Positions 10,647 through 24,240 of a stretch of DNA of 40,855 nucleotides are shown in pieces. This stretch comes from Octopus bimaculoides. Its lineage: Eukaryota. The notes under the pieces are model-generated. The model worked only from the letters and a program-made list of their open reading frames with translations. It was not told the DNA's origin and did no database searches. The stretch lies in contig NC_068984.1 of assembly GCF_001194135.2 (NCBI RefSeq), positions 36,659,445 to 36,700,299 on the forward strand, given 5' to 3'. Both the position numbers and the translations under genes were made by a program. How positions within the stretch are numbered: position 1 is the stretch's first letter; the number at the start of each line of letters is the position of its first letter.

Positions 10647-11865
10647 CAGGGTGCAGACAGTATTTAAGGACAGATTTATGGTTTTAAAAAAAGATGCTTA
10701 TTTGATAGCAGAAAAAATAACTGTATTTTTAGGAAAATAGAATATATATAAAGCTAAATTATCAATTTAATAATTTCATTCAATAGGACCACCATACGCA
10801 TCAATAATTGCCTCTATGCGGCATATACAAGCTCGAATTAAGTGGTAATTGTTAATACTAGACATGACTAGAACTATGGCGACTTTCAAAGAATCTTTGG
10901 TGCTATTGGGGTGTTCATTAACATTTTTCTCAACGATGCTCCATACGTAGTTGTCCAGTGTCTTGAGATCTGGAGAATAAAGAGGCCAACTGTTGGGGGT
11001 AATGTGATAATGCAAATTATCGGCCATACATTCTTGTGTCATTTGAGCTTTGTGTGATGGTGCAGAATTTTCTTGAAAGACGTAAGATCTTCCATTGCAT
11101 ACAATGTTGATCCAAAGCTTAAAGATTTCATCAAGAATCTCAATAAACACAGCAACATTCACCCTAAGGCCTTGTGGAAAAAAGTGAACAGGCATCAAAT
11201 GTCCTTCATTGATAACAACACCCACAACCATGACACTTCCAGGACACTTTGTGTTCATTATTCTTGGAATCTCAGAATTGTCTGCACATAGCAATGTCTT
11301 AGTTCTGTTAGTTTTCTGGTCCTGGTCAAAGTTTTTCTCATCTGAGAAAGACCAAATCACACCGTCTTCTGAGGGATTTGAACGTTTGTTCAAAAGTCGT
11401 TTGGATCAACCTCTCCTCATCACGTAAGATTTGTATTTGATGTCTTCATGCACAACATTTCTGATTGTTTTTTTTTTCTGACGCACGAACGTTTTTTTCA
11501 ATTGACCTCATTGAGTTTCCTGGATTGTCTTCAATGTTTCCTTAACTTCCTGAATAAATTCAGGTGTCCTGAGAGAATCAGAGTGTTAGGAATGTTTTTT
11601 TTACGTTTTGATACGGGTAATACGCTTCCATCTTCTTTCTCTCACACGGAATCTTGTGGACAAAAGATCTTGTAGCTTTCAGAAAACGGGAAATTTTTAA
11701 ATCACCATGCTTAACCTCCAAAGCCACAATTACAGCATGTCTTTTAATTTCATTAGTAAGCATACGGCCTGTCATCGATATTTCCTGAAATAGAAGTTCA
11801 ATAGAAATTAGTCAAATAAAATAATGACTAAAATGCACGTATCCTGAAATACCATTCGCACCCCA
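10647..11865 (-). mobile_element. Tc1/mariner-superfamily DNA transposon, DD37D (maT) type, about 1.22 kb
   Basis: Degenerate TIRs TA|CAGGGTGCAGACAGTATTTAAGGACA (left) and TA|TGGGGTGCGAATGGTATTTCAGGATA (right, reverse complement), with TA on both flanks and an internal transposase pseudogene. Confidence 0.85.
10776..11775 (-). pseudogene. DD37D transposase, frameshifted, second catalytic D changed to N
   Basis: N-terminal HTH-like ORF at 11578-11775. Catalytic ORF 10776-11393 has FSDEK, FQE(N)SAPSH and WPLYSPDLKTLD, with 37 residues between the N (ancestral D) and the final D. Confidence 0.85.
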
Positions 11866-12889
11866 TATATGAATTGTGTTAGAAGTAAAAATTATGTTTT
11901 AAAATGTGTATATGCGTGCATCTGCTTATCACTTCATAGCTAATGTTGAAATATACCTCACATATGCAAAATGTGAAGAAAATGTTTTAACAATATTTCA
12001 TTTCAAAATTTAGCAGAATTCCTAATTTATTTACCATATTATATTGTATTTTTTCATGTCCTTGATGCATTGTATTTTGTACTGATTTACGTTTGAATTT
12101 GTTCAATTTCCCTATTATGAAAATTAGAAATTTTAATCTAGGTGTCTGCGTTTCCAATATCCATTAAATTAAAGGTAAATCTAGAGAAATTAACACGAGA
12201 AAGTGTATAGAGAAAGGCAAACAAGTTCTGTTTTATTATAGTGTCTCAAGTTTCTGAGATATATTTCATTGTTACAATAAGAAGCATGAAATGTTCATGT
12301 TTGTTCAGTATTATAAAATGAAATGTGTTGCGTATTAACGTTAGTGTCCTGTTCTTTGTATCCTCGGCGACTTACTTGGAAGGTTTTTAGATTACTTATT
12401 CAGTTCCGTATTTGCAGTGTTCTTCTTTGTCATACAGCCAGTCTTTTAAATAAATTATAAATATTAATATAGATCATAAAAACCTTTTTACGACTGTACC
12501 TATTTACTCCTGATTTGAAGAACTAACAAAATGTTTCGAAAACTTTGCTTCTCTCTTTTTCTCTGTATTTGTTCTCCTTCTCTGCAATCTAATTTGAAAT
12601 CCCAATAAATTTACCTTTACCTCTATTCCTTTCAAATTCCATAAAGTACCAGTGGGGTACAAGTAACAGACCTCTCTTTCTTTCTCTCTCTCTCCCTCCC
12701 TTTCGGGCGACATTTCATGTAAGATATGTATTCTCTCAACTACTAGCTTTATACATATGTCAGTGCAAAATATAAGTATCAAGTAATTTACTGATTTGAG
12801 CCATTAGACCGATGCCATGATAGAGTATTATATCTAGAATTTATATAATTTCATTTTACATTTGCTTCCTTTAATTACCCAAAATTACG

Positions 12890-12950
12890 TATTATACTAA
12901 TTCCAGAATTATGAAGGCAAAATGAGGTTCGTGAGATTTGTCCTCAGAAA
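12890..12950 (-). mobile_element. Short, very old family-B SINE remnant
   Basis: ATGAAGGCAAAATGAGGTTCGTGAGATTTGTCCTCAGAA resembles the reverse complement of the B-box/central part of 7840-7885. Confidence 0.35.
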
Positions 12951-13734
12951 GCAATATCAGATCCTTAATTTCCACAATATATTTTACCTACCATCCTAAT
13001 AATTCTACCATAAAGGTACAATAATATTAAAGGCTAGATTTTGTAAGCATTAGCATATAATATAAACACAATCAGATAGCGATGATACAAGATATAAATC
13101 GCTAAATGCCCTATCTTATTTACTTTCCATTTCCACATAAAGAGTTAAAGTTAAATAAACACTAATGAAATATTCAATAATATCCAATGTTCTTAGAGTT
13201 CATCTACTGAATATTTATTTTCCTTTAATACTATTTGCCTTTATTACCTATGGAAAACAATACAAAGATATATATTTTGAAGATAATTAGCTAGCTTATC
13301 TTCGCTGACAAATTTTATCCTTAGTGAGTTTTCTAAATTAATATCTGTGAGAATATATTTTACTTTCCCAGACAGAGTAAATTAAATCTAACTCAATAAG
13401 TCATTCCTTTAGATTATAAATTAAATATCACATTACTCAGCATGGCAGTAAGGTGTTGTCTATTTTTCAGCTCCATAAACTCTTTGGCTCGACATAAATC
13501 CGCATCTAAATAGAACACAAATACATATACTAACACTGAATACATTGCCGATGTGTCAATTTGACGCGAAAAATCCACACCACTCACACAAAAAAGCTAA
13601 AGGCTGAAACATTCGATAAATTATTCAAAATATCATTGCTTCATACATACACACATACATAGATGACCTAAATTTATTTTATAAACTAAAGTTCTGCTTG
13701 AGATTAGACCTATCTTTCGTCCTTTAATTTTTCA

Positions 13735-14078
13735 ATCACTGGGGCACTGCCTTGAAGAATTTTAGTCGAACGAACTAACCCCATTCCTCATTTCATTTAA
13801 GTCTGGTACTTATTCTGTCGGAACCTTTTACTGAACTGCTAAATCGCGGGAACCTAAATACACAAAATCCATTTATTAAGCGGTGGAAGGACAAACACGG
13901 TCACAAAGACACATACCGACACACACACATATGTCGGGCTTCTTTCAGTGTCCGTCTACCAAATCCACTCACAAGGTTTTGGCTGATCTAAGGCCTAAAG
14001 TGCCGCGCTGTGGTACTAGACTCAGAACCATAACTTTGGGAAACAAACCTCCTATAACACAGCTTCACCTGTGCCTAT
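13735..14078 (-). mobile_element. tRNA-derived SINE family A, second (older) copy
   Basis: Collinear with 4455-4836, e.g. TTTAGTCGAAC, GTACTTATTC, GGGCTTCTTTCAGT.TCCGTCTACC.AATCCACTCAC.AGG, ACACAGC. Confidence 0.8.
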
Positions 14079-15344
14079 ATATAAAATTTACACCGAAACC
14101 AAAGAAAACAGCATAAAGACGAGATTTTATCTACACATAATTTATTTACATTATCTGGAAAAAAGGGCATCAAAGAGTTCATAAAAATATATATGGCAAT
14201 TAAGAGAAACCGGTTTTGCTACATTTAAAGATCTAATTGTTTCTCTTGGTAAGTGGTAGTGCAGGCATAGATCCTACCGCCATAATGCCCGTTATGCTTA
14301 AGTGGCAACTTCAATAGTCATCAACTATATGCTGTTTAATTAAAGGTATGAAGTGTTTAGATATAATCATTGAAACTGACTGAATGGTGGATAAACACAA
14401 TTACATGCCTCTTGCTTCTACTCTTCGAGATATTCCAAAATATGTGCGATCTTCTATATATACCAGATTCTCAGTAAAGCATTCCTTACAACTCACTACG
14501 TAAAATGTTTCTATCGGACGATAAGTTAGAAATTCTTCAGCTAATACTGGTTATTAGGTCTCTCGGTATATTTAGGGAATGTTAGGAATTTTTGTAGAAG
14601 CATGCGGTTTTCTCATTCAATACATTATAACGCTAATATTAGTAGTACGTTTTGACTTCTGCATAATCTCACGGATATTTCATTAATATAAAAGTTTTAA
14701 TAGTCATGTAATATAAATTATATAACGATGACGTATTGTGAAATCATGAGTTTTATACTTGGCATCATTTGGATTGAAACTACGTTGACAGAATTCATCC
14801 TCGTGTAGATAGAAGACGACTGTGATATTTTATATATGTCTGTCTATCTGTTTCTTTCTGTTAGTATGTATGGAAGATTTTCTGCGCTTCTATATATATA
14901 CACATACATGTGTGTATGATGTGTGTGTCGAATTTTAAAATACTTTGCATCTCATTCGTGTACATTTTGAAATACACTTATAGAAAGATGTCTATCACAT
15001 AAACATTATTCATATCAAAATTAAATGTGTGAATATCACCTGTAATCCTCAACTGAGAAATCGTTGACATATCTCAGTCATACAGGAATGATAAATGTAC
15101 AAAAATAAAATGCAATGCGGAGCACTTAAAATAATTTTCGCAAAATTACCTTCCACCTACAGAATGAAAAAGATTGATAGACTACTTTCAGATAATAGCA
15201 GTTTTATCTGCTACCGATGAAAACTGACCACATGGTAACATAGCGCCTGGCGAAACTGACAACACCCTAAAATTCACTATTATAATTATTGCAATTATTC
15301 CTATATTTCCGCAGTATTTATACTACCTGACTTTTCTAAAACAC

Positions 15345-15510
15345 TTACCTACACACACATACACTCACATACATACACGCACTCACACACACACACTCAC
15401 ACACTCACACACACAGTGTGATAGATATGTGATGATCTGTGTGTGTATATGTGTGTTTGTGTGTGAGTGTGTAGATGGACATATAGATAGAAAGATAGAT
15501 AGATAGAAAA
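15345..15510. repeat. (CA)n/(GT)n/(ATAG)n compound microsatellite
   Basis: Direct reading. Confidence 0.9.
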
Positions 15511-15884
15511 TAAGAAAAGGCAAACTAGGTACTGGGATCAGCACTGTACAAGCATATTTCTGAGATATAGTGAGGTTTTTATTTACTTTCGTTAGCATTT
15601 CATGTTCAAATCCATGCGCCTCTAAGCAGATTTCCATTCAACTAACGGCGTTGAAATTATCCTCTCCTTTACCTACTCCATTAGTTATGTCTTTTTAAGA
15701 CACCATTCGACTATATCCTTTAAACTTAAGAGTATATAGACTCGAACCCGAGTGCATTTAACGTTTGAATTAACGCACTTCATCAGTACTTAAAATCGCA
15801 AACAGTACTGAGATATTTCTGTGTATAGGCTCTTACTTGAAAAAGTCTCGAGAACACGAGAATTAGCTGGTTAAATTGCGTAGT

Positions 15885-15960
15885 TCTTGATTGATACTTT
15901 ATAATCGACACCGTCGGAGGTATGAAAACCAGATTTACTAGCAGCAGGATTTGATCTCCC
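15885..15960 (-). mobile_element. Old family-B SINE remnant
   Basis: GATACTTTATAATCGACACCGTCGGAGGTATGAAAACC...GCAGGATTTGATCTC resembles the reverse complement of the central domain and B-box of 7840-7910. Confidence 0.4.
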
Positions 15961-16687
15961 TCGATATGAGAAGTAGTTTCTCGATGAACAACGCTTTATC
16001 TAATGTTTCTCTCAAGCGCCCGTAATAATTTATAATCGCCATCTACATATTGTATGGAAGTAACTGTAATTTGGAATGCATAAATATCGTCACTGATATC
16101 CATGTACTCCTCTTCTATGGCGCTTCCTAGCTAATAAATAGTATTTACTTAAGCGTATTAAATAATTAATGAATAGTGATATGTAAAGTGGTATCAGTGA
16201 CTTAAAAGATTCCCATGTTCAACATATGTGGAATGAATATAGCAAACGCAATTTTTTTCTGTTTACTATTAATTACATGTGATATAGATTTCGAGTGCCG
16301 AATCAACTGTCAAATATATTCAATACAATAACGTAATTAAATAGGTAGAAAAATTGACTAGACATAAAAAAAAAAAAATGTTTGTTCTCAATCCGTTATT
16401 GGTATTGACAACAGCAGGGATCCTTCACATGCTGACACAATGTATGGCGGTCTTCAACAAATCTAATAAAGTTATTTTAATCATAACAATATATTTCATG
16501 CTTCAGTCATGTCTGCAAAACAAAGACAGACGTAATTTCCATAGCTGAACCTCAAATTTCCGTTGTTAGCGTCTCTTATCGGTCAATCTTTAAGTTTATT
16601 AAATGTCTGTGTACATTGTGCGCGCATTTTATTCAAAACAAATACTGTATATACTAACATGGAGACCAGTTCCGTTTGTGGCAATTA

Positions 16688-16745
16688 AGCATACATACAT
16701 GCGTATATGTGTGTGTGTGTGTGTATGAGAGAGAGAGACAGAGTG

Positions 16746-16791
<46 letters not shown>

Positions 16792-16809
16792 ATATTGTAT
16801 ATTGTATAT

Positions 16810-16863
<54 letters not shown>

Positions 16864-16971
16864 CATACACACATACACACATACATATCTCTATATATAC
16901 GTATATATAGAGAGAGGGGGAGTGATACGCACATGCGTAGATACGCACACATACATAAACACATACATACG

Positions 16972-17004
<33 letters not shown>

Positions 17005-17005
17005 T
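16688..17005. repeat. (GT)n/(GA)n/(TA)n/(CA)n compound microsatellite
   Basis: Direct reading. Confidence 0.95.
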
Positions 17006-17821
17006 CATATATATTGGTACTTCGTAAAATATCATTACAAAACACAAGCAGAAACATATGTTTGATTAATTATCAATTATTGATGATACACAGAAAAAAA
17101 GAACGATTCTGATTTAAGCCAACTGAACCACAATACTGTGTAAATAAACATATAAACACGCTTTTGCTTAAATAAACTAACATTTACTACTTGCTTTCAC
17201 TCTTATCGATTAGAAATCCTAGTACGAGGCTTTGTTGTTTGAATATGCAAAGTAAAAGCCATAACGCGATTACACACACGTTTAATGAAGCAAATCACCA
17301 CCATTGAATAAATATGAAAATAATCAATGACCAATGCAAACATCTCGTAAACTCAAACATGGAAAAATAGCTTCGCATTAAGCATTAAAGCAAAGACTAT
17401 CTAATTTCCTCTAGTGTTGTCCATATGTGGTAATTTCTTTTGGAAGCAATACAAAATTGGCGGCAGTTCCACTTTTATGATTTCTTATTTTTCATTTAAT
17501 ATAACTGGAAAAAATGAACGAGATTATATCTACATGCGGTTGTAATTATTCGAGTTAGTTGAAATCAAATGTATTTGTTTTGCACGATATTTGATTTGAA
17601 ATTGGGTGTTGAAATAGATATTCTTGTACTTGGGTAATGGTTGACTCTATATCTATCCATTGGTGATTTTGTCATGGAGATGATCGGCGAGGGTAATGTG
17701 AAGCTTCTTGATATTGACACAAAGGAAAAGGGTAAAAAAAAAATGGAAAAAAACCGCATTTGTTTAATTGGCCAAATATAACTGTCCCCAAGTATATCAA
17801 TAACACTAAATGCTTACTTAA

Positions 17822-17862
17822 GCACACACACACACACATACACACACACACACGCACGCACG

Positions 17863-17899
<37 letters not shown>

Positions 17900-18417
17900 N
17901 NNNNNNNNNNNNNNNNNNNNNNNNNNNNNNNNNNNNNNNNNNNNNNNNNNNNNNNNNNNNNNNNNNNNNNNNNNNNNNNNNNNNNNNNNNNNNNNNNNNN
18001 NNNNNNNNNNNNNNNNNNNNNNNNNNNNNNNNNNNNNNNNNNNNNNNNNNNNNNNNNNNNNNNNNNNNNNNNNNNNNNNNNNNNNNNNNNNNNNNNNNNN
18101 NNNNNNNNNNNNNNNNNNNNNNNNNNNNNNNNNNNNNNNNNNNNNNNNNNNNNNNNNNNNNNNNNNNNNNNNNNNNNNNNNNNNNNNNNNNNNNNNNNNN
18201 NNNNNNNNNNNNNNNNNNNNNNNNNNNNNNNNNNNNNNNNNNNNNNNNNNNNNNNNNNNNNNNNNNNNNNNNNNNNNNNNNNNNNNNNNNNNNNNNNNNN
18301 NNNNNNNNNNNNNNNNNNNNNNNNNNNNNNNNNNNNNNNNNNNNNNNNNNNNNNNNNNNNNNNNNNNNNNNNNNNNNNNNNNNNNNNNNNTATATATATA
18401 TATATATATATATATAT
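17822..18417. repeat. (CA)n, assembly gap (N 17900-18390), then (TA)n
   Basis: Direct reading. Confidence 0.95.
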
Positions 18418-18483
18418 TTGCATGTTACTTTATTGAGTTATATTTAGCTGACAATTTTATAGAATCGGCATCATATCCGAAAA

Positions 18484-18676
18484 CGTGGTGAAAAGTTCCT
18501 GGTTTGGGGTAAAAGAAAATGATGAACAATCAGATGATTATAATTTTATTCAACATATTCCTCTCTCAAAACCACACACTTATTGCAGCGGTCCTGTAAA
18601 AAGTTAGAATGTTTGGGCCTCCAGTCAGGCCCTTCGTTATACCCCTAAGGCAACGAACTTTTCGGTACACCCTCCT
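18484..18676. mobile_element. Mariner-derived MITE (about 190 bp)
   Basis: Inverted ends GGTGAAAAGTTCCTGG and GAACTTTTCGGTACACCCTC, similar to mariner TIRs. Contains the mariner-like internal TTTATTCAACATATTCC motif and no ORF. Confidence 0.65.
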
Positions 18677-18899
18677 TTGAAAAGATATTTCGTGAGAGTT
18701 ACGTATTATCAAAGGCAAATTCTTCGAAGTTTTCACCAATAAAAATGATCATGAATGCCAACAGTTTCAGTAGTTATTTCTTTGTTGCTTACTGTGAAGT
18801 CTTATTTTATTAACATTTTTGTTTCATATTTTAACAGAATGTTTTTCTCTTACAAGGCCCATGCTTCAATTGGTAACTAGTAGAAAGTTAGAAAGTAAT

Positions 18900-19340
18900 G
18901 AACAGGTTTGGGAGTCTTTTTAACTTCCCTGTTATCGATTATCCTCTCATAGTATCTTCGTATATGCAATATAATTTTCTAATTTCTCACGCTAAACATA
19001 ACACCGTTCCCAGGAAACACTCTACTCACCTAAGGGAATCACGCCGCCCCGCCCCCGTTATGACGCAGACGCCTACTGGTCTACTCGAATAGCGTTTGCG
19101 TGTTGTCATGTCCTGCACATGTACGTAGTTTCTGGTTTCAGAAAACGGTGTGCGTCGTGAAATGAAAACCTTTTGGGAACAGCACAGCAACTCCACCTTC
19201 CGAATTATCTCGACGTAGGGATGCGACTAAATCGTAGTCATTATAAATAAGCGTTAAGATTCTCGTCTCTTCAATGGCCACCACTTTAATATAGAGAAAC
19301 CAGAGGCTGTTAACCAAACAGCAATACATCAAAGTCGACT
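18900..19340 (-). mobile_element. L1/Tx1-like LINE APE endonuclease fragment, decayed
   Basis: Minus strand: IKVVAIEETRIL...YDLVASLRRDNSEGGVAVLFPKGFHFTTHTVF, then after a frameshift RPVGVCVITGAGRRDSLR*VECFLGT. These match the APE ET motif, GVAVL and the (V)YAP-strand pattern. Confidence 0.6.
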
Positions 19341-19389
19341 TCAGTCTATGCTTTATACACTATCTTTTATATTTGCTCTTTTGGACTAA

Positions 19390-20450
19390 AATGTAAGTGA
19401 GAGCAGTCATTTATCACAGGTATGGGAAAAGTCTGTTGATCAAGTTTCCGCGAGTGGTTGCGGTCCCTTGTAGACTCAATCCAGAGGTTTCTATTTGGAA
19501 TTATTTCATAATCTACCTTTTTCCCTTATCTGTTTGTACACATCCAGTAGTATTTCTACCCATCATTCCTTTTTATTTTGCTATTTTCTTGCAATATATA
19601 TATCCTTATAGATTTTGTTTACCGCGGTGAACTTAGGTTGCAAGTTTGTAGTACTTGCGTATTTTGTCTCGTTTCCTGATTTTGGTTCTGTTTGCGTGCT
19701 GTACTTGCATTTGATTTGTTAGGAAGGCGACGATCTGGTTTTCCTCATTTTGCAACATGTCATTCTCCACTCTTTAATCTATTTTTCCCATATTTGAATC
19801 AAAGGTCGATATGGAGTGTCGGAGGTTCGTTGGTGCATGTGTTTCATTGTTGTTTATGTATGACTTGTTTTAGGGTAGAGAGCACTCCCGCAAGGCAGCT
19901 TATTTGTCTTGGTATACAATATTGCCGTTTTGGTTGCAGCGTTAGATTTTTGTTATTGCTGTACTTACTGCTTCTTTACTTATTGATGTAATTGTGGCTA
20001 TAGTTTTGGCAGCAAGGTTAATTTCCCAACCCAGTCTTTTCTGGTGTTCGTTACTACACCTCGTGAAACACCTGAGCATTCTGGTTTTTACCGCATTTCT
20101 CAGGTGGTTTTCATTTTTCAAATAATACGGTCGAGGACCACTTTGAATGCTACAGGTGAGTGATGCCTGATATTCGAGTTTTACTTTTGGACAGTTCTAA
20201 AGATTTGAAGATATTTTCTCCGTGTCTCCTCTAGTAACATTTCTATGTACTTGAGCACTGTACGTAGCGAGATATCATAGATAGCGACCGTGACAATATT
20301 TTCCCCATGAATTTTTGTTGGAGCCGGGAACAATCGGAAGCACTTACCGTTGTAGATAATTTTTTAACCTATTCTTTATTTGAGCAGTATGCCAGATCTT
20401 TACCATATTTTTTATCTCCTCTATTCGGACTATATTCTTCTCCAAATTTC
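19390..20450 (-). mobile_element. Possible highly decayed APE-type LINE
   Basis: Scattered peptide resemblances only (GILLK..KIHGENIVTVAIY; NENHL; HQKKTG; NK*RSS), with many stops. Confidence 0.25.
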
Positions 20451-21284
20451 TCTTCGATCCCTTTATACCGGTCTCGATTATCTTTTCCCTTGTGCTCAGT
20501 TGGGCCCCAAACTCAACATTTCAGGCCATGTCTTTATAGTAGAAAATATTTGTCTTCTTTCATAAAAATTAATAAGTGCTTCAAATTATTCTTACCTATT
20601 GCTTTAATAGCGTTCTCATACTATTTGAAGATACTTGCATTATGACAACTATTCAAAGTTAACATATTCAAAATTTATATTCAAGCTCTTCCTATATCAC
20701 CATAATCGTCCTCATCTCAGTCGTAACCAATAATTGTTATAATCATTATATGCTTTACGACCGTCTACATCAGTAGGAGAAATGTCTTTGTACAGGAAAT
20801 CGTTTCGTTCCAAACAAAGAAATATATTTCTATGAAAACGAAATATATATTAAACAACTTGGGTTATATTCCTATATATGTGTGTCTTTCAAGTTCATGT
20901 AGCACTTAAAGACCCAATTCCAAACAATGTACGAATCTAGTGGGGCATTTTCACTTTTATTTCTCTCTCATTCTCTCTCAGTTACTCTCTCACTCTATCT
21001 ATCTCTCTATCCCTATCTATATATATGTGTACGCGTGCGTGTAAGTATATGTATATGAATGAATATATGTATGCCTCTATAAGCGTGTTTGTATATGTAA
21101 ATACATATGTATGTACGTGCGTATGTATACAGTCTGGTGAAGGTGAGCAAACTGAAACTGCAAAGTCACAGTCATCTTTCTTGTAAAAGTTATATAAATA
21201 TCTACTATATTAAAAACAGCTGAGTTATCGTTTATTCGAATGCCAGATTGATTTATATGTAACCTTACAATAAAACAGACTTAA

Positions 21285-21393
21285 ATAAATACATAAATAA
21301 ATGAATAAATAAATAAATATATATATATATGCGCACGCACACACACACTTGCCCACGCACGCACGCACACACACACACACACGCACGCACACA

Positions 21394-21480
<87 letters not shown>
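21285..21480. repeat. (AAAT)n/(TA)n/(CA)n/(TA)n microsatellites
   Basis: Direct reading. Confidence 0.95.
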
Positions 21481-21483
<3 letters not shown>

Positions 21484-23259
21484 AATGTGTCAGGGTATAA
21501 AAGCGTATGAGAGTTGTGTCTATAATTACAAATAAACTTACTTAAGTAAGTCTTTTAGCTGCTCAAGTTAATGCATAAATATATTTCATGTGTATAAATA
21601 TGTATTCATTTAGATATGATGCTATTTGTTTGTTCTGCAATATTTATTTGCCTCACTGGAGACAATGTAAGATAGTAAAAATCTGTATATGTGTTATAAC
21701 ACCAAACGTTTTCTCAATCAAACATTTATATTCTGAAAAATACTCACAGTTTAACAAACCATATTATTGTTATATTTCATTCGTTTTAATTTCTGTATTC
21801 AATTTTTTTTTGTTTCAACTTCAAGCATTATAAAAATCACAACTTACATGAAGATAAGATCTGTGTATTTGATAATAATCTTTATTATATAATAAATGAT
21901 GTCTGGGAGGGTGATCGTGACGTAAGACATTCTCTGGTCAAGAACTGCTGAAACAATAGAAAGTAGTATCTACAAGAATATGAAAGAAGATGGAGATTAG
22001 TATATCATACAAAGTTATTGAGCTACGTCTGCTTTGTTGTTTTCGTAAGTGCTGATATTTTTATGGCGTATAATACCTCAGAGGCTGAAGAAATATGGTG
22101 ATATGGTAATCTGAATTATGTAAATAGAATAAACCCTAGAATGTTTCCATATAACAACATTGATTAATACGAATGCCCGAGCTTATAAAGGCATATTTGT
22201 TTACTGGATATCGCAGGTTGATAACACACAATTTGATGAGAATTTCATACTTATACAATTGTTAGTGGGCATTTCCATCATAAGTACAAAATGTATGATT
22301 GTGTTTCGTGTTTGTTGATGACAAACGCTTTAACTGAGTACACCACTTGCATGATATTTATGTGTCATTGAAAGTACAAACGTAAGAGTACCACGGTGAT
22401 ATTCGAAGGCAGCGTATATTGACGTTTGGAAACATCTAAATGCATCCAATAAACTGTGCCAATCTCCTGGTCTTGGATCTTCTTTCGAATAATGAAAGGA
22501 ATAAAAATTATTATAAATATATGGTTACATAACTAAAATATATATTTTGTGCATGATCTATATAAGTTTAATAAGTACATATTTTCTATTTCATAATTTA
22601 TCCACCACGTATATATGCGAAATTAATTTTATAAACTAGAATGTGCAAAATGTAAGAAACGCGTATATACATTTGAATTATTTAATAATGTTTGTAGTTT
22701 CGATTTTAAAACAAGATTTTTAAAGAATATGAAAATGTAGGTAAATGAAGTTGCTTGCATTAATACAATAGTAAAATACATATAAATATTGATTTGTGTA
22801 TACATAAATAATGACAGAAATGCAAACTTTCTAGAAACATATTTTGGGAAAGGGCTGTTTTAAATGAGATTCGTTGCCTTTTAGTGCAAGAGAGTTTGGT
22901 GAAATGATAACAAAGGAATTGTCAGTTGGAAGTCAAATGAAAGCAAAGCAAATATTGTTAATGATGTTTCGTAAAGTACTATGTGCTTTGAAAAGAATAT
23001 ATTCTTTTGAAAAAGAAAAAAATGTGTTGCACCAATTATATTAGCATTTCAGCATGAAAGGAAATGTACAAAAAAAATTAGGTTTTAATCTATTGAAAAA
23101 TAACTCCCTGCCTGAAGACACAATTATTGATCTAAAACTGGCTGTCTAATGAAGTCTATTGAATATCAAGCAATATATTTGACGGGTGACTCAAAGTTAC
23201 GTCATTAGATGTATACAGACACAGACACAATCTTACATATATACATGTATGGCTACAAA

Positions 23260-23261
<2 letters not shown>

Positions 23262-23320
<59 letters not shown>
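23262..23320. repeat. (TA)n microsatellite
   Basis: Direct reading. Confidence 0.95.
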
Positions 23321-23323
<3 letters not shown>

Positions 23324-23917
23324 CTTATATACGTATATTATGCGTGCATATGTATACACACACTAAGCAAATATATACGTGACATTTAAAGGAATTTCTT
23401 ACTTATACATCCGCCTTACTTTGAAGATGAAATGTATGGTTTTCCCATTCTTTTTAATGTTTTATATGAATCTAGCCATCAAAACCACCGGAAATCATTC
23501 TGTCTCTAGGTAAACACTATGTAGCTAATAGCCTATGGCAGGGAGCGCCTTTATGCAGTACTTCGACCTGCTATCAACAGTAGGCTAACAGTTTCCCACT
23601 TCAAATGCGTGTTCATGCACAATGCGCAAACTAAATGAATTGAATAACTTGAGTACCGGAATAACTTCGGTGATTTCTGTGGAGAGTTACTGTACCTATC
23701 CTATTCCAGATTTTAAAGGCTCTTTTGTTAATAAAATGATATTTCTCTGTTGACAATTTTTTGTTTGTGAATCACATGCAAAGTCATTTATGGGACCATC
23801 GAACAGTAATAGAACTTATCCACAAAGTCGTCTGTAGAGAAGCGTTTGTTTTGATGCAAAGATACAAACGGTGTGCGGGGGATGTGTGCTAAATACAAAC
23901 ATCAATACACTTATCTA

Positions 23918-23920
<3 letters not shown>

Positions 23921-23957
<37 letters not shown>

Positions 23958-23970
23958 NNNNNNNNNNATA
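23921..23970. repeat. (TA)n with small gap (N 23958-23967)
   Basis: Direct reading. Confidence 0.95.
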
Positions 23971-24196
23971 TGTTTTAAAAACATAGGGTAGCCTTTACAC
24001 ATACTCTATTTAACTGTTATTGAAAATCGACAGTAAATTGTTGACTATATTTTATTGGAAACCCTTGACGTTGCAGATCTACAGAGGCCTTCAAGTAATA
24101 TCGTAGATTTAAATCGCATAAATTTACGCGAATATCGACATGGCCTTAAAGTTCTGATATAATGCTCGATTTGACATGGTTGAGCCTTTGTAAGTG

Positions 24197-24240
24197 CACA
24201 GTATAACGAATATACTGCACAGTATATTCGTTTTACTGTG
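24197..24240. repeat. Near-perfect palindrome, 21-bp arms, 2-nt spacer
   Basis: CACAGTATAACGAATATACTG-CA-CAGTATATTCGTTTTACTGTG, one mismatch. Confidence 0.95.

Noticed and set aside
15740-15790. Minus-strand CTGATGA followed by an AGTGC/GCACT stem
   Set aside because: The required GAAA after stem II is absent (CGGG follows).
19040-19075. GC box (CCGCCCCGCCCC) and TGACGCA as a promoter
   Set aside because: It lies inside a decayed Tx1-like APE coding region and encodes TGAGRR on the minus strand.
22885-23045. About 54-codon open frame after a TTTTAG acceptor (AREFGEMITKELSVG...)
   Set aside because: No recognisable domain, and an open frame of this length is possible by chance in 41 kb.
23528-23592. 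Hairpin TAGCCTA/TAGGCTA plus TGGCAGG/CCTGCTA followed by ACA, as an H/ACA snoRNA
   Set aside because: No H box, no second hairpin and only a one-sided internal loop.
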